DNA of 57,950 nt, the filler included, from Sphacelaria rigidula (taxonomy: Eukaryota), in assembly GCA_964200075.2 (NCBI GenBank). It is 7 parts of 7 records of this genome, joined end to end, with 100 filler letters (N's around TTAATTAATTAA, not from the genome) between each part and the next. Parts side by side here need not be neighbours in the genome. Positions count along the whole stretch, not along the records: positions 1 to 8,194 come from CAXNAA020011960.1; positions 8,295 to 16,487 come from CAXNAA020011961.1; 5 more parts are not named here. One strand, 5' to 3'. A model generated the notes under the pieces. The model did not search any database and was not told the DNA's origin. It worked only from the letters and a program-made list of their open reading frames with translations. Both the position numbers and the translations under genes were made by a program. Position 1 is the stretch's first letter, and the number at the start of each line of letters is the position of its first letter. This document shows positions 1 to 12,678 of the stretch, piece after piece.

Positions 1-47
1 TACACTGCCTCATGGGTGTCTCACCATTTATACACTACGTGGAACGA

Positions 48-294
48 TCATCCCCCGATAGGGGGGGGGCGGATATTTTGGGCCACTTCTTGCACGAAAT
101 TCCAAGTCAAATCGTCCTTGGAAGGAGCAACGGTTGCTCGAACGAGCGTGTTATAGATATATAACGCTCGTTCATACCAATTGACACCGTTTTGAACCAA
201 ATACAAGCGCACCGCGAGTGTGGCAGGTCGTCTGACATAACTTTTAGCGTCCTTTTTCGTGCAATCAAATACCCCCCCCCCTATCGTAGGATGA
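48..294. mobile_element. MITE with ~22-bp TIRs (TCATCCTACGATAG-G9)
   Basis: Left end tcatcccccgataggggggggg (48-69) is the inverted copy of right end ccccccccccctatcgtaggatga (272-294). A second copy starts at ~8134 in the opposite orientation. Confidence 0.75.
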
Positions 295-717
295 CTCACA
301 CGAGTATAGCATGTCTGAGCAACAACGGAAAAAGTGATCTATTGCGTGATATTTTTGCTACAGTATTGCAAAGGGTACCTCTGTGTATGTCTTGAGGAGG
401 TGTTACGTTTGCCTGTTCTCGTTGCCTGTACTCGTGGGACGTATCTTTTTAGCGTGACAAATGGACAAGAAATGCATATGCATGTGATCCGCTCGGCAAT
501 ATCCCCCATACATTGACGGTTAGAGTTATATTTTTGCGCGCTGTTAGCTTGCAGGGGTCTTCGTCAACCGTCCCCTCACGCCGTTGCTCTGTACAATGCC
601 AGGAACGCAATACTGACAGCGATCTGGAAATCCCGCGGCAAGCCGACGGAGAAAGCTCTCAACTTCCGCTACGTCACTCTTCTGCCGCGGAACATCCCCC
701 AATCTATCAACATCTAA

Positions 718-787
718 AGTAACTGCACAACGTAGCATCACCAGTAACTGCACAACTTAGCATCTACAGTAAATGTACAACTTAGCC
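718..787 (+). repeat. 25-bp tandem repeat, ~3 copies
   Basis: agtaactgcacaacgtagcatcacc / agtaactgcacaacttagcatctac / agtaaatgtacaacttagc. Confidence 0.85.
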
Positions 788-896
788 TGTGGGAAATATG
801 TTAACAATGCCGCCGCCCTCCCGTGGTCTGAATTCAAGTGGTACAAGTGGCATTATTAGGGCGGGCACAACGCGTCATGGTTTCGCGTTGCCCTAT

Positions 897-1108
897 TAGA
901 GGTATCTCAAACTCGGCCCCCGGTATCCTGGTTTGTTCGCTGGCTCTGAGTTGTGTACTATTTTTTCAAGTGTAAGTGATCACGATTCATAGGAGGACCT
1001 GCCCTGGCAGTGAAAAGGTTTCATCACCTGATGAATCGGCATCACTTTCACTTGAAAAGATAGAACGAAACATCTCAGGATGCCGGGAGCCGAGGTTGAG
1101 ATACCCCA
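897..1108. mobile_element. Palindromic MITE (TIR GAGGTATCTCAAACTCG), copy 1
   Basis: Terminal and internal inverted symmetry across ~210 bp. Closely similar copy at 49312-49524 on another contig. Confidence 0.85.
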
Positions 1109-1140
1109 ATTAAGTCCCGTTAGGAACAGTCCTTTATTTC

Positions 1141-1720
1141 GGGTATCGCGTCTGTGTGGTTTTGGTGCGTTCGATTTTGTTTTTTATCCTCCAGTACTGT
1201 AGCTTGGGTATCGCGTCTGTGTGGTTTTCGTGCGTTCGATTTTAGTTCTCATCTTGTTGTACCTTCTTTAGTTGTATCGCGTCTGTGTGATTTTTGTGCG
1301 TCCGATTTCATTTTTCAAGCTTAAGTACTATTATTCTCCGGGTATCGCGTCTGTGTGATTTTTGTGCGCCCGATTTTGTTTTATTATTCATCCTGTAGTA
1401 CTTTGTTCAGTTGTATCGCGTTTGAGTGATGCTTGCGTGTGTATTGTGTGTTATCGTCCCATCTATTCTAGACGCCGGTCTACACCTTTCGGTGTATGTG
1501 GGCGCACCAGCCAAGGTCACACGGGAGGAAGTTCCACACTCGAGCTTTTTCTTTTTTACGAAGTATTTGTTTTCAGTACCCCACCTTCCTTCTGCGGTGC
1601 TTGCCTTTATTTTTTATAGCGAGACGGGTTCAGCAGTCCCTTTCCCTCGTCGTCGACCATTGAATCCATTTCTTGAGCGTCCGATTTTGTTTTCATCCTG
1701 TAATACTTCATTGTTGGGTA
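1141..1720 (+). repeat. ~66-bp minisatellite (gggtatcgcgtctgtgtggttttggtgcgttcgattttg...) interrupted by a retroposon
   Basis: Units start at ~1141, 1206, 1272, 1340 and 1410. The array resumes at ~1672-1720 after the 1437-1660 insertion. Confidence 0.85.
1437..1660 (-). mobile_element. Short retroposon (SINE or LINE 3' end) with (CA)n tail, copy 1
   Basis: Homologous to 32111-32318 (same orientation) and 46421-46534 (opposite orientation). Conserved core gaccggcgtccagaatagatgggacgacaac(ac)n. Confidence 0.75.
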
Positions 1721-1724
1721 GTTT

Positions 1725-1823
1725 GCCTGTGACAACGGAAGGCGTCCACATCAGATGCGCAGTGCAGAGAACTGCGCAGATGACCGAATGGGTTTGAATG
1801 TAAATACAACTACAATAACAACA
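1725..1823 (+). mobile_element. Short retroposon fragment with (CAA)n-like tail, copy 1
   Basis: gcctgtgac(a/c)acggaaggcgtcc(a/c)catcagatg...gtgaagacaacaac is shared with 26047-26175 (+) and 47634-47733 (-). Confidence 0.65.
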
Positions 1824-2900
1824 GTACATGAGCACGAATAACGTTTTTTACTCTGCTCGTAGTCTGTGCCGCCTGCCCAACCCCTCATGTGTTGCCAGCA
1901 GAGCTTCACACTGTCTGTGGTCTTGTTATGGAACACTAAGTAGGCAGGGGCATCAATAGCATGGAGTAGATTGTGTTCAATGGAAAGCGATGACACGCTG
2001 ACATGCAGCGTACATGCTGACTCTGCACACAATAGACTGCAGGGTCAAAAAGGGGTCATCAGAGGTTCTCTGGGACTATTTCCTACATAAACGCCCAACA
2101 TCCATGTGGAGATGGAATTGGCGTTTTGTGCAGCGAGAGAAGAGCTGTTCCGAACCCCAAGTGTGGCATAATTCATCTCGGTCCACCTGCGGGGGGGTCG
2201 CTGCCTAAAGGTTAACTACGCATGTACAGCTTTTGTCATCGCAATTTACTCTTCTTCCTTGTGTCCGAACGACTACACCATGTTGGAAATATTGACTCGT
2301 GTTGTGTGGTACTGTCCTCGAGACAGACCAACTACCGTCGCGTAGACAGTAGTGTACGACAGAGGTTGCACAGTGGTGGTTAGACCACTTGATTCTGCAG
2401 TAGACGGAAAATCGAAAGCCGTGTGCTTTTTTGGGCGCTTCACTTGGCCAAAACAAAATGAAACATAGTATTTTGCACGCAGAGAGCTGGAGGAACGAAG
2501 GAGAGTCATTGCATGGGTAGTAAAGGTGACCGTGTCCAAGCATGCTCAATCCTGGAACACAAAGCCAACCCGTACACGTACGTAAGGTCAAATTGTATAA
2601 TCCAATCTAACATTGCTACTACTGACGCGGTAGCCTTGCCAGCTCTTAGCTTAGATCAACTGCAATCTAGCGCACAATATATATCTTTAGCTTACGTGGC
2701 CTAGATACTTTGTTAGTGTACCTCAGTATACAAATCATGGCAACACGCATAGTCCAGAAACATCCGTCTCAAAACATCACTCAATCGAAACGGAAAAAGC
2801 CGAGCACAACAAGAAGCTGGGAACTCCCACGCTTGGTTACGTTCTCGTCAATGTCGCCCGTATGAGGCGCTTCATGCAATCTGAACTCAAACACCAGACT

Positions 2901-2975
2901 CTGTATGACCATTCTTTTCGTAACACTTTTGGGCTGGTTTGAGGGAGGAGGGGGGGGGCTATCGTACAGAGTGTC
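2901..2975 (+). repeat. End of a dispersed G-rich MITE-like element
   Basis: ctgtatgaccattcttttcgtaacacttttg...gggggctatcgtacagagtgtc matches the reverse complement of 57885-57949. The end motif resembles the 48-294 MITE TIR. Confidence 0.6.
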
Positions 2976-2989
2976 AACATCCCCAACCC

Positions 2990-3171
2990 TTCTCGTCTCC
3001 GGCCACGGGACGTACAGCCCGCGAGTCCAGTACGTGAGTCGACGGTACTCCTTCACCCAGAAATTGGCCAAGGTGGGTTACGTCAAGACCGAGGACCAGC
3101 TTGCCGATCTTGCGAGCGAACACACGCACCGCTACCTCGCCAAGCTGATCTATGGACTGGCTCCAGTCTAG
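2990..3171 (+). pseudogene. Ty1/Copia pol remnant (RNase H C-terminus)
   Basis: Translation TYSPRVQYVSRRYSFTQKLAK-VGYVKTEDQLADLASEH-THRYLAKLI resembles the Copia RNase H end (..R.KH+..RY.F..E....I.YV.T..QLAD+.TK), with internal deletions. Confidence 0.75.
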
Positions 3172-4695
3172 CTCTAGGACTTGCTCTTGTTTTTCGAACA
3201 CCGTGACGGGATGCTTATGCCGTGTTGGGTGTTGGAAACTGGCGCGTACTTGTGATGACGGCGGTGTAAGGAGATGAGGGTTTGGGGCTGATGTCGTCTA
3301 CGCTTCGTCAAGTAGGGGTTTTGTGTAAAATTGAAGGAAAAGTACAAAGATCGCCGGCAATATCCCCGACGGTTGGTCTACCATTGCTATTCTCCTCCAC
3401 GGACCCTTGGGCATGGTTGGTTCTTTTGAATCGTCTTGCCCGCGAGCGGGACCTTCAACACCATCTCCTGTCCACACTCTCAACGCAGTGTGCTGCGCTC
3501 ACTTAACCTAAATGCTACCAGCCCCAACCTTCACGACCACACAAAGCAGAGTCTAAGCATACTTCTAAAGAGCAAGAAGAACACGACACTCCCGTGGCGC
3601 GCCTGATCATCGTAGAAGACAAGCTACCCGGAAATCGGAGAGTTACTGCAGCAGACGATACCCTATTGAAAGTCTTCGTGGCAGTGTCATGCACTTGTAG
3701 CGTTGACTAACCATAAACTCAAGTACAACAAAACGACAACAGCGCCATCCTGATACCTTTGATACATTTTGTTTCGGCAGCTGGTCCTTCGATCTAACTA
3801 GACGAGGAACGTGATGTTATTGGTTTCGGCAGGCTCTTCTTTCAAGGTACAAGCGCTTGGCCCAGTAGAACAGGAGAAGATCGAACACGTTTTCCTGAAG
3901 TATCTGCCGAGTTGGGAAGGATTACGTGGAGGATTGGCGGGGGTGCAGGTTAGAAAGCGGACGAAATATGAGGGTGAGAGCCGCAGATACTTTTGTGACT
4001 TTCTTCTAGTTAGTTATCAAAATTACAAGTGATACCATTCGGTTATAGTCTGAGATTGCTGAAACAGCACCACCAGGTGACCTGCGGGTTCTGTCCATCA
4101 AGGTTTACTGGGAATTTGGCTTAGCTTTCGAGTAGTTAAAGTGTTTGCCAATACTCACCTGTTCGCGTTCATAACTTCGTTTTGTGCACGAGCATTGATA
4201 CCAGCATTGCACTCTTGTGAAATATTTAGCAGCAATTTTTCCTTTATTTTAACAAATGCCATGACAGCATCACCGCAAGATCGCAATATGAAGCTTGTAT
4301 AGTATCTATGAGGTCAAAACACTTGTGAACGCATGCATTCAGGTCATTGAAATACACCAATACAGTATCTGCACCGTCAAGTAAACTTTCGTCCGTTGAT
4401 CACAGCTGTTGAATGGAGGTAGAGTACGACCATCGCATTTCTGTATATGATAATAACGATAGCACGTCACATGGTCTACTGTAAACTTTACAGCTCATAT
4501 TGCTCGTGTCGTACGGGCACTGCAACAGTTATGATGGAGTGATTCCTCGATTCATTGCCCCATACGAACGAGCCTCGAAACCTCCAGCCGGGGTTACGCA
4601 CGATGGGCGTACCCGAGGTTAATGAGCGGGCGCCAACACTCGCGACGTGAACACTACCCGAGTACTAGCAAGACGGGATAAAAACAAACGGACAG

Positions 4696-4890
4696 AACAT
4701 AGTACAGAAAAAATGATTCATGAAATCGTACGATATACATGAGGGAAATGGAGTAAGAAATTGTATACCGTTGGATCTTCGCCTGTACATTTCGCCTTCA
4801 ACATAGTACAGAAAAAATGATTCATGAAATCGTACGATATACATGAGGGAAATGGAGTAAGAAGTTGTATACCGTTGGATCTTCGCCTGT
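4696..4890 (+). repeat. Recent tandem duplication of 91 bp
   Basis: 4696-4786 and 4800-4890 are identical except for one substitution, with a 13-bp linker. Confidence 0.95.
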
Positions 4891-7800
4891 CAAAAGGTTA
4901 GATTCGAATCACGCGCAACGGGTACAATACGCCATACAGCTCTTGCCCGGAGCTCTGGACGGACCTCAACCGTGAAAATGTGCTGCACTCGTGCTTCAAG
5001 AAAAAAGGAGCACATGTATTTCTCGCCTTATACAGCCATGCGCAACAGACCGGTCGTCTACTGGGTCCCGCTCTTCCCAACCACGGTCAGCAAGTTTAAA
5101 CAAGAAGCACCCAATTTGATCTCCCTCCAGAAATACCTCTCCTTGCGAGATTGTCGTCTCGTTGTGGTACTTCTAATCGTTCCCCTTCCTCTGGACGAGG
5201 TCGTGAATTCGTGGTCCCAAGCATCAACTTTCCGGTACAATCATTGCAATTTGATATCGTGCATTGGATCAGTGTTCCCGCACTGCGTCGTCGCTCACGT
5301 TTTCAAGGACTGAAATCAATACTTGTCAGAAAAACGAGATTTAACACCTGGGACTTGGACCCGCATTCTTCCGATATCATGGTGCAAGTTGTACCGCCAG
5401 ACCGACGAGGCGCAAGGGCAATTAGACTGACATTACACCCCTTCAATTGATCTACGCAATGAGAATTATGGCAACTCAACAAGCAACAGTATCAACTATG
5501 GCACCCGCAATCACGATTTGTTTCCTGAATTTTCATGGTCACAAATAAGTTCCACAACGAAAACGCCCGTCGTGGTATCTCGGAAAGATGCCTCCTGGCC
5601 CATTCGCTCGCGGCGCCAATCATGTTGATTACACGTTTCGTCAGCGTTTCGGGGTAATCTTAAAACAACTTCAAGCTCTCGTTTCGTAACTCGTGTTCCA
5701 CCCCAACAAGTACGCCGTGAAAATGAACGGTTCTTTTGTTTTTTTCGTGCGAAACATGCGGTATCGCCCACAACACGTTTCTCCAAATGAGACACCTCGT
5801 TGTTCAGAGCGTGTTGTTTGTGGCAAGTATGAGCAGTAGCATGGATATGCTTCCCTCACTCAACAGTTTCAATTTTCCTTCGATTGTGCTCTGATACAAG
5901 TCAACACTGTCGTCGGACGAAGTAATACATCATACTCAGTACTACGAACAACGTTTTCGTGGGATAAAGAGTAGAGCGCGGATTAAGGGTGGCTTTGATC
6001 ATTCGCTCTAACTTAGCCATTTTTCATGCCGTGTGTGGTTTTCTTCGCCTCTATCACTGCCGTGTGCTTACAGCTACACGTCGATATCCTACTAGTGGCA
6101 AGCTACTACAGAAGTGATATCGGGCCTCGTGGAGGGTCATTGCGGAGCTGAAACGGTTCATTCACTAATTGACCGCCTTTCACTTTCAATCGTACCCTCT
6201 ACTCTCTATCTCACGAAAACATTGTTTACGGCAATCGTCGCACTGGACCCTGCCGAACTGCGGCCGCATCGTCGGATCTGTGACAGAGTAATTACCATCG
6301 GTGCCGAAGCATGTGGTCGTAGCATATCATGACTAACTGAATATGACGAAAATATGTTCATCACATGTCTCATTATAAGGAAGGTCAACCTATATCTAAA
6401 TACTATTCCACCCCCGAACGTTCTCGAGGTGAAGAAAAAGGAGGGCGGAGAGGATAAAGGGTTTGCCTGGGTGGGGCAGCAGACCCGTACTAATTGATTG
6501 AAGTCGATGTGGCTTGTACTACCTATCGAGTTTAGCATGGCTTAACAAACTACCCAAGCCCTCTAACTGCCCAAGGTTGTCGCCATTGCCAAAGGAGTCA
6601 ATGGGGTCCCGTACAACTGTCGCTACAAACGAACGGTACACATGCGAGGTAGAGAGCTATATGTGCGCGTTTCTGCCTCCAACCTGGTCAAGTAAAGCCC
6701 GCCAGGCAATATACCCGTGTTGTGTAATGTGTGGAAGCAGGTGCAATATATTTTATTTGCGATTATACGGTATACGCCAGCGGGGAAATATAATCAGCGT
6801 ACTAGCGCGACGAGTAGCGACAAAATATTTTCAGGTGATCGGCGACATGCCGCCGATTTTTATTGTGAAGGCCGTGAATTTTATTATGTTAAAGTTTGAG
6901 GCCGTCGTTCCGGAGAAAAAACGACTGTGTGAGGCCACCTGGCAAAGGGTCAGATGCTGTACGAGGGAAGAGCGCGGAGCGAGGAGGGTTACGGCAGGGT
7001 CACAAGAAGACCAACGTAGAACTTGTGGGGTAGGTTATCAGATCTGCAGACTCAAGGCGCAACTGGTTTGGACTTCGCACAGTTTTGGGCTGAAGACGGG
7101 ATTAAACTACATTACACGTAGTGATACCCGGAACAAAACAAGAAGGTACTTGCCTGGCCGTCACACTTTCAGGCCAACAACTAATTACTGAAAATGAATC
7201 AGCAATATTGTCGTGAATAAAGCTTGCGTGCTAATGAATACATCGCAAGTCACCGGAGAAAAGGAACCATACAAGTAAAACCCCAAGACGATAATCGGAA
7301 ACTGAAAAAGCAGTATCGCACCAGCCACGCGCTACGGTTAGCGCTGTGCAGTATATTTTACTACGAATGGATGAATATAATGGAAACGAACACACTGGGA
7401 CGAGGTAACGCCTAGCTTATGCTGCCTTGTAAGTCACACCCCATTACAACTCCAGATCAGGAGGGGAGGAATAGCTCCCACGTCATCTGCGTCAGTTCAC
7501 CTCAACCATCTGGCGCATCGAAGGCTTCCAAAATCGGGGATTGTCTTGTGGCACGGGGAAGGGGCGAAATAAATGGTATTTGTTGAAAACGCAGAACCAC
7601 CTCGATATATATGAATATATATATATATCAACAAGACGGGGTAAGTTATCAATAGTACTACCTGCACTTCGAAAACGACTTGTCAACAGGAGATTCAGAG
7701 GCTTCATATTCCGCTGGCGGATCTCCATTATTTCTAACATCAAGCTAGTGGCGGGAGGATGCTCACACTTTCATAGGGCCAGGCGTGAGACCGTCCTCTC

Positions 7801-8133
7801 GGCGACGAATAAGCTCCTACAGTCTCGAAAGTAATGGACGTGGGTCACCAATAGCCATTTTGTTTCCCGGAGCAACGCGCTGAAGCGCTGAGAAATCGGT
7901 GGCGCGCCGACGTGCCGACGCTACCTTTCCCTGCATCCGATACGTATGGTATACGTGTTACGGTAGTTTTCCAGATGCGACATGGCTCTGGCGCCGAAAC
8001 TAAATAATCGTCGGTCCTTGTCCATAAAATTTCATTTCACGACAAGGTGATGTATATCAAATTGAGGATCAAAGTTGTTTGGATATAGGATCCCTGTCTT
8101 GAAGGATGAAAAGAATGGCATCCATGTGCTTGA

Positions 8134-8194
8134 GAGTCATCCTACGATAGGGGGGGGGGTATTTGGTTGCACGAAAAAAGAGGCTCATAAGTGT
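8134..8194. mobile_element. MITE copy truncated by contig end (48-294 family)
   Basis: Near-identical to the reverse complement of 241-298. Confidence 0.75.
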
Positions 8195-8294
8195 NNNNNN
8201 NNNNNNNNNNNNNNNNNNNNNNNNNNNNNNNNNNNNNNTTAATTAATTAANNNNNNNNNNNNNNNNNNNNNNNNNNNNNNNNNNNNNNNNNNNN
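8195..8294. other. Artificial contig linker (N44-TTAATTAATTAA-N44)
   Basis: 100-bp spacer containing the six-frame stop linker. Identical spacers at 16488-16587, 24781-24880, 33074-33173, 41367-41466 and 49659-49758. Confidence 0.98.
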
Positions 8295-8907
8295 GGCTGC
8301 TTCGCGGTGAGCCTCCCTTTCCTCTCTCGACTCTCTTGCACACTGGCTATTACAACATGCTGCGTACCATCTGCGCCGCCTATCGCAGCGGTAAGGTACG
8401 CGTCTCTGGGGCCGTTGTGCGGTATTTTCGACCTGATCCCCGTCACAACCCCCTCCCCGCCCGGCATATGAAAAATTTGGCACATGCTGGTAGAATCACG
8501 GATGCCAGTTTCTGGACAGTTTGGTAATCACCGAGCGGGGACACACAAAGGGCACGGGCGAGAAGCTTCCCCTCTGTCGTTGCTTCTCTCTCTGGTGATT
8601 CCGTCATCGACACGCGTGTACACCGCATTTCGTTGGGTGCACCTAGCCAGACTTGCTTAACTCTTGGATCGCGGTGCCCGTAGTCCATCTTGACCACGCG
8701 TGTACTTTTTCCAAGTGGATATTGATGCCGATTCAGCAGGTGACCTACTCTCGCGGTCTGACGGTCAAGGCCTCCTGCGGAGTTTGGGGGGGGAAGATAC
8801 TTTCGCTCTGTGTTACTCTTTCGTATCTTCTCTGCAATAAAGAAATGCGACTTCAGCCCCATTTTAGTGTTGAACCCCAAAATTTGAAATCGGCTGTCAA
8901 GTATTTG

Positions 8908-9561
8908 ATTTTCTTCATTTTTTCCCACTGGTTTAGGGCGTCCTATTATGGTAAAGACCATTTCTTCACGAGAACGCCTTGACCTCCACGAAAAAAAAAT
9001 GGAGGCCCATTTCTTTCTTCATTCGGCGCTCTTTTGTGGTTCTCCACACCAAAATTCGTCGCCAGGCGCTAAATGCATCGATCGGGAGTGTTTTGGAGAT
9101 TATAGTATTGGCGCTATCCCCCTTAGGTATGGAAATTTCCTGTCATGGGGTTCAACCAACGAGAAAATATGGACCCAAACGTTTGAGCAAACGGAAACCC
9201 TGCCCTTGATTCGATGATTGATACGATATGTGGATCACGGCCCAACTCGTCTACGTCGATGAGATATTACTTATACAGCTCAAATCCGTTTCTAGGCTGG
9301 TCCAGCTCGTACAGCAGCAGTGTCGGCGGTTGGGCTCGGGATTTAGTCAGTCATATATCCCGCAACGTTTGCGGTTGACCGTCTTACGATTTCCTCCGAC
9401 CTACTCTAGCACGCCACTCAGGCCGCTTCCTACGAGCTCGGCCAGCCTAGAGGGGGATTTGAAGTTTGCAGGCCCATACTCCCGCCAAGATTTGGAGTTG
9501 GACCCTGAAATTTAGTATTTACAACGAAAATGGCATTAAAGAAAAAATGACCTCGGTACCA
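8908..9561. mobile_element. Two TA-flanked hairpin-family ends facing outward around a 123-bp spacer (left arm of composite)
   Basis: TIR ctaggctggtccagctcg|TA ends at 9309 and TA|cgagctcggccagcctag starts at 9433. The whole block is the reverse complement of ~14049-14700. Confidence 0.8.
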
Positions 9562-10499
9562 AGAGGGGACAAAAACAATATTCCTGGACACACACCCCTT
9601 TTTCTTTTTTATTTTCGACCTTGTGAGAGAGGGGGGTGGGGGTCCGCCCTAATTATCTTCTGTATATATATATCAAGTCAGCACTCATTCCCAAAGATAC
9701 CAAGTACACTAACCCTAACCTGACGTTGAATAGGGTTCGGAATCATCGATCAGAGTCAAAGACAGCAAGATGAAGGAAGAGCAGCAGATGGTGCTTGTTG
9801 CCCCGGTCCAGATGGGTATCGAGATATACTTTGCTTCGTATCTCGAACTGGCGGTTACTGTCTCTACTGGGTGCTCTGTTCTCTTACAATCAATTCGGGT
9901 TCATCCATAACTCTAGCGCCTGCCGTAGGTTCAACTGATGATACAACTCGGTGGTGTGCCTGTGCACTCGATTGTTTATTTTCACATAAACGATCGCTCT
10001 AGATTGGTGCACAGCCAGGGGAATGACCCCTACTCGCAGCACTATCCCGACGGTTAGACTTGAGTGTTGTGCCAGATTTCGACTCTAAGGCCCTGCTAGC
10101 ACCTGCCTGCAGTAATGTGCCTGAAGACTGGTTGACACCTCGATCTATACAGAGGCGTGGATCCTTGCTAAAAACCAAGCCCAAGGTTTCGTCGTTTTGT
10201 TATATATATATAGAAAGAGACAAATGCAGCACCACACACCTACAAACGACAATACAAGAGTCCGTAGAGAGGCACAAATGGCACACATGAACCGTTTGGA
10301 TAACGTCTTCCTCGTCTACTGACGTCAACAACGCTCCAAAACACCCATTTCGTTTGGAACGTTTTTTGCTTTTTTTCTGCCTGACGAGAAGGGGGAGAGG
10401 GGGGGGGGACGTGTGGGTTTAGGAATCTTTTTCTTGTGCCCTCCCGTCGATACCAAGAGTTTTTTTCCCATGAGTTGAAGGCATTTAACTGATCGTTCA

Positions 10500-10670
10500 T
10501 GCCCTGGACTGCTAGAAAAAACTATTTTGGCACGTCTACGATAAAAACTCATAAATGAAGGCCCACTTGTTTTTTCATGCGCAACACTATCGTGGTTCTC
10601 CGTGCCAATTTTCAAATCACAATTCTACAAATTGAGCCAAAACATCGAGATAAGTCTAAGAGTAACGTAA
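10500..10670. mobile_element. Internally deleted fragment of the hairpin (foldback) family
   Basis: Reverse complement matches ~13960-13995 fused to ~13530-13660. Confidence 0.6.
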
Positions 10671-11754
10671 AATATCTGCCTCTGCTCTTTTCGGATTTTT
10701 TACGTTACTCTGTTTCGGATTTTTTTACGATATCTGCATCAGAGATAAGATCAATTTCTCGCAAGAAAGCTGACAAAAAATCATGACATTTTCATCATGT
10801 CCTCTGGGGAGGGGGGGGGGCTATGTGTCCGAGATATTTCTCTGCGCTACCCCCTTGGCTACACACAAATATATTACACTAGTATACCATCGCAAGAAGT
10901 ACATCCACCTATATAGGTGGATCCTTATTTCCACCGTGATTTTTTATCATGACCGATTCCGCGTTGTTTCTTCTAATTCGGGAGCCCACATTTTTTCAAT
11001 CAGCTGCCCGTTACCGATGTTTCCAACAAACTAGGTTCGGGTTACGAGCAAAACCAAAGCCAAGTTTTTGACTTTGAGAGCGCCACTAGTAGCCTGCCAC
11101 TGAGCCCCTTGATACCCCTGACTAAGATGTTGACGTGTAGCTGTAAGCACACGATGGATGCGAAGAAAAGCACACACGGAATGAAAAATTGGCGAAGTTA
11201 CAGCGAATCATCAAAGCCACTCAGTCAGCGCTCTACTCTCAATCTCACGAAAACGTTGTTAGTAGTACAATGCGGTGCCACAATACAGGCCGCGGATTTT
11301 GCGAACAGTACGACATCACAAGTATAGGCTATGCTTCGCAAACACGGCACAGCTGTAGCCTGTACTTGCTATCTTGGACTACTCCATGTCCGAGTACAGG
11401 CTGTACTCTGCCAGGTTGCGAGCACGGGCTGTACTCGGGAGCACAGTAGGCAGCTGTGCTTTGCCAATGCAGTACAGTACTATACCGTCTTCACCTACTA
11501 TCGATACATTCAGCGGGTGACGATGAGTTTTGGTGTGTACAATTGATGAAGCACGGAGATATGATAGATACCCTCACCTTCACCTTATTCGTATTCTGTC
11601 TAGTTCGCTCGCGGCCGGAATCTTGCCTCGCCCGACAGCCGTCGCGATCCCTGAGATATGCAGTGTCGAAATAGGCGCATCGGCACGCATCACGCTCAAC
11701 TAAAGCTACTAACTAACCAAGGGTTTTGAACCAGTTTTTTTGACGTTTTGACCT

Positions 11755-12678
11755 ACCTTCGTAAACTCCTCTGCAGTCGTAACTGCTCCGACATTTTCTT
11801 TTTTCGTACGATCTCCAGACTTTCTGCTGAGTACGTTGTCGACCGCCTGAAGGGGTGGAGGGTTCCGCGAGACGCGCGAGGGCAGAAGCCAGCCGGCTTC
11901 AGTCAACGGCATGGGATGGCGGGTGATCCCCGCTGTTGTTTGTGAAGCGGATGGAAAGGAGAGTGGCGAAGGTGGTACTGGCGTCAGAGGAGCCGACACC
12001 AGTCGTGAGTCGAAGCAAGCGCCAGCGCAAGCCGGTACTTCGATGCGCACAAAAATCTGAGGTTGCGCTATCGAGTACTTGTCACAGGCATACGGGCATA
12101 TGTACAGCATCGATCGAAACTCCCTTGATGAGTTTCACAGGCGTAGGGGCATATGCACGCCAAAACACTCATCACAGATGGACAAAGCAAGTTCGGGTTC
12201 AAATATGTACGTTCGCTGTGTTCACTTCGCGGCGCAAATGTTGTTTCAACACCGTCCCACGTAAATGGATTGTATTTGAGCAGGTTGCATCGCCAGCGTT
12301 CCTCGGCAATGTTCCTCATGATGAGGATTGAAGGCAACAGTATGCACGAGACAGTTGCAAGAACAGCTTGTCTCGTCCGTGTTGTCGTGTATGTCACGGC
12401 CCGTCTCTCGCCGCGACCTTCCCGTTTGCAAACACAAAAAGCGCACAGGCAAACTCGGGTACACCCGCTCGTTCCGTGGCGTATCTGCACATCGCCCCTG
12501 AAAAGTAGAGCTTGAAGATACCTTAAGTGCAGGTGCTTCCGCGAGACGAAAAAAACATGATAACCGCACATCACCCACCCCACCTCACCAGCACCCCACC
12601 ACATCACACCTCACGGTTGTTCCCTCAAGGTGGAAGATCACAGCAATCGGATGCGAATGCAGAGGAGTTCACGGAGGT
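11755..12678. mobile_element. Putative non-autonomous TIR element (~920 bp)
   Basis: accttcgtaaactcctctgca (11755-11775) vs tgcagaggagttcacggaggt (12658-12678): 21-bp inverted repeat with 2 mismatches. No clear TSD. Confidence 0.5.

Noticed and set aside
1141..1420. CRISPR-like look (conserved ~36-bp block plus variable part)
   Set aside because: The variable parts are related to each other (ttttcatc.tgtagtac), there are no cas genes and the context is eukaryotic: a minisatellite.
4972..5450. Coding-like minus-strand stretch (..GEVFLEGDQIGCFLFKLADRGWEERDP..)
   Set aside because: Many stops and no recognisable family; cannot be called without a homology search.
6400..8130. Ulp1/peptidase C48-like fragments (QQT..N..CGLY at ~6480; APGNKWL at ~7860)
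   Set aside because: The motifs lie on opposite strands, are very short and are interrupted by stops; not supportable.
8239..8250. Regularly spaced TTAATTAATTAA motif every ~8293 bp
   Set aside because: Artificial six-frame stop linker embedded in Ns, not biological periodicity.
9711..9737. Telomere-like aaccctaacc (also ~31941-31960)
   Set aside because: Fewer than three degenerate units; not an array.
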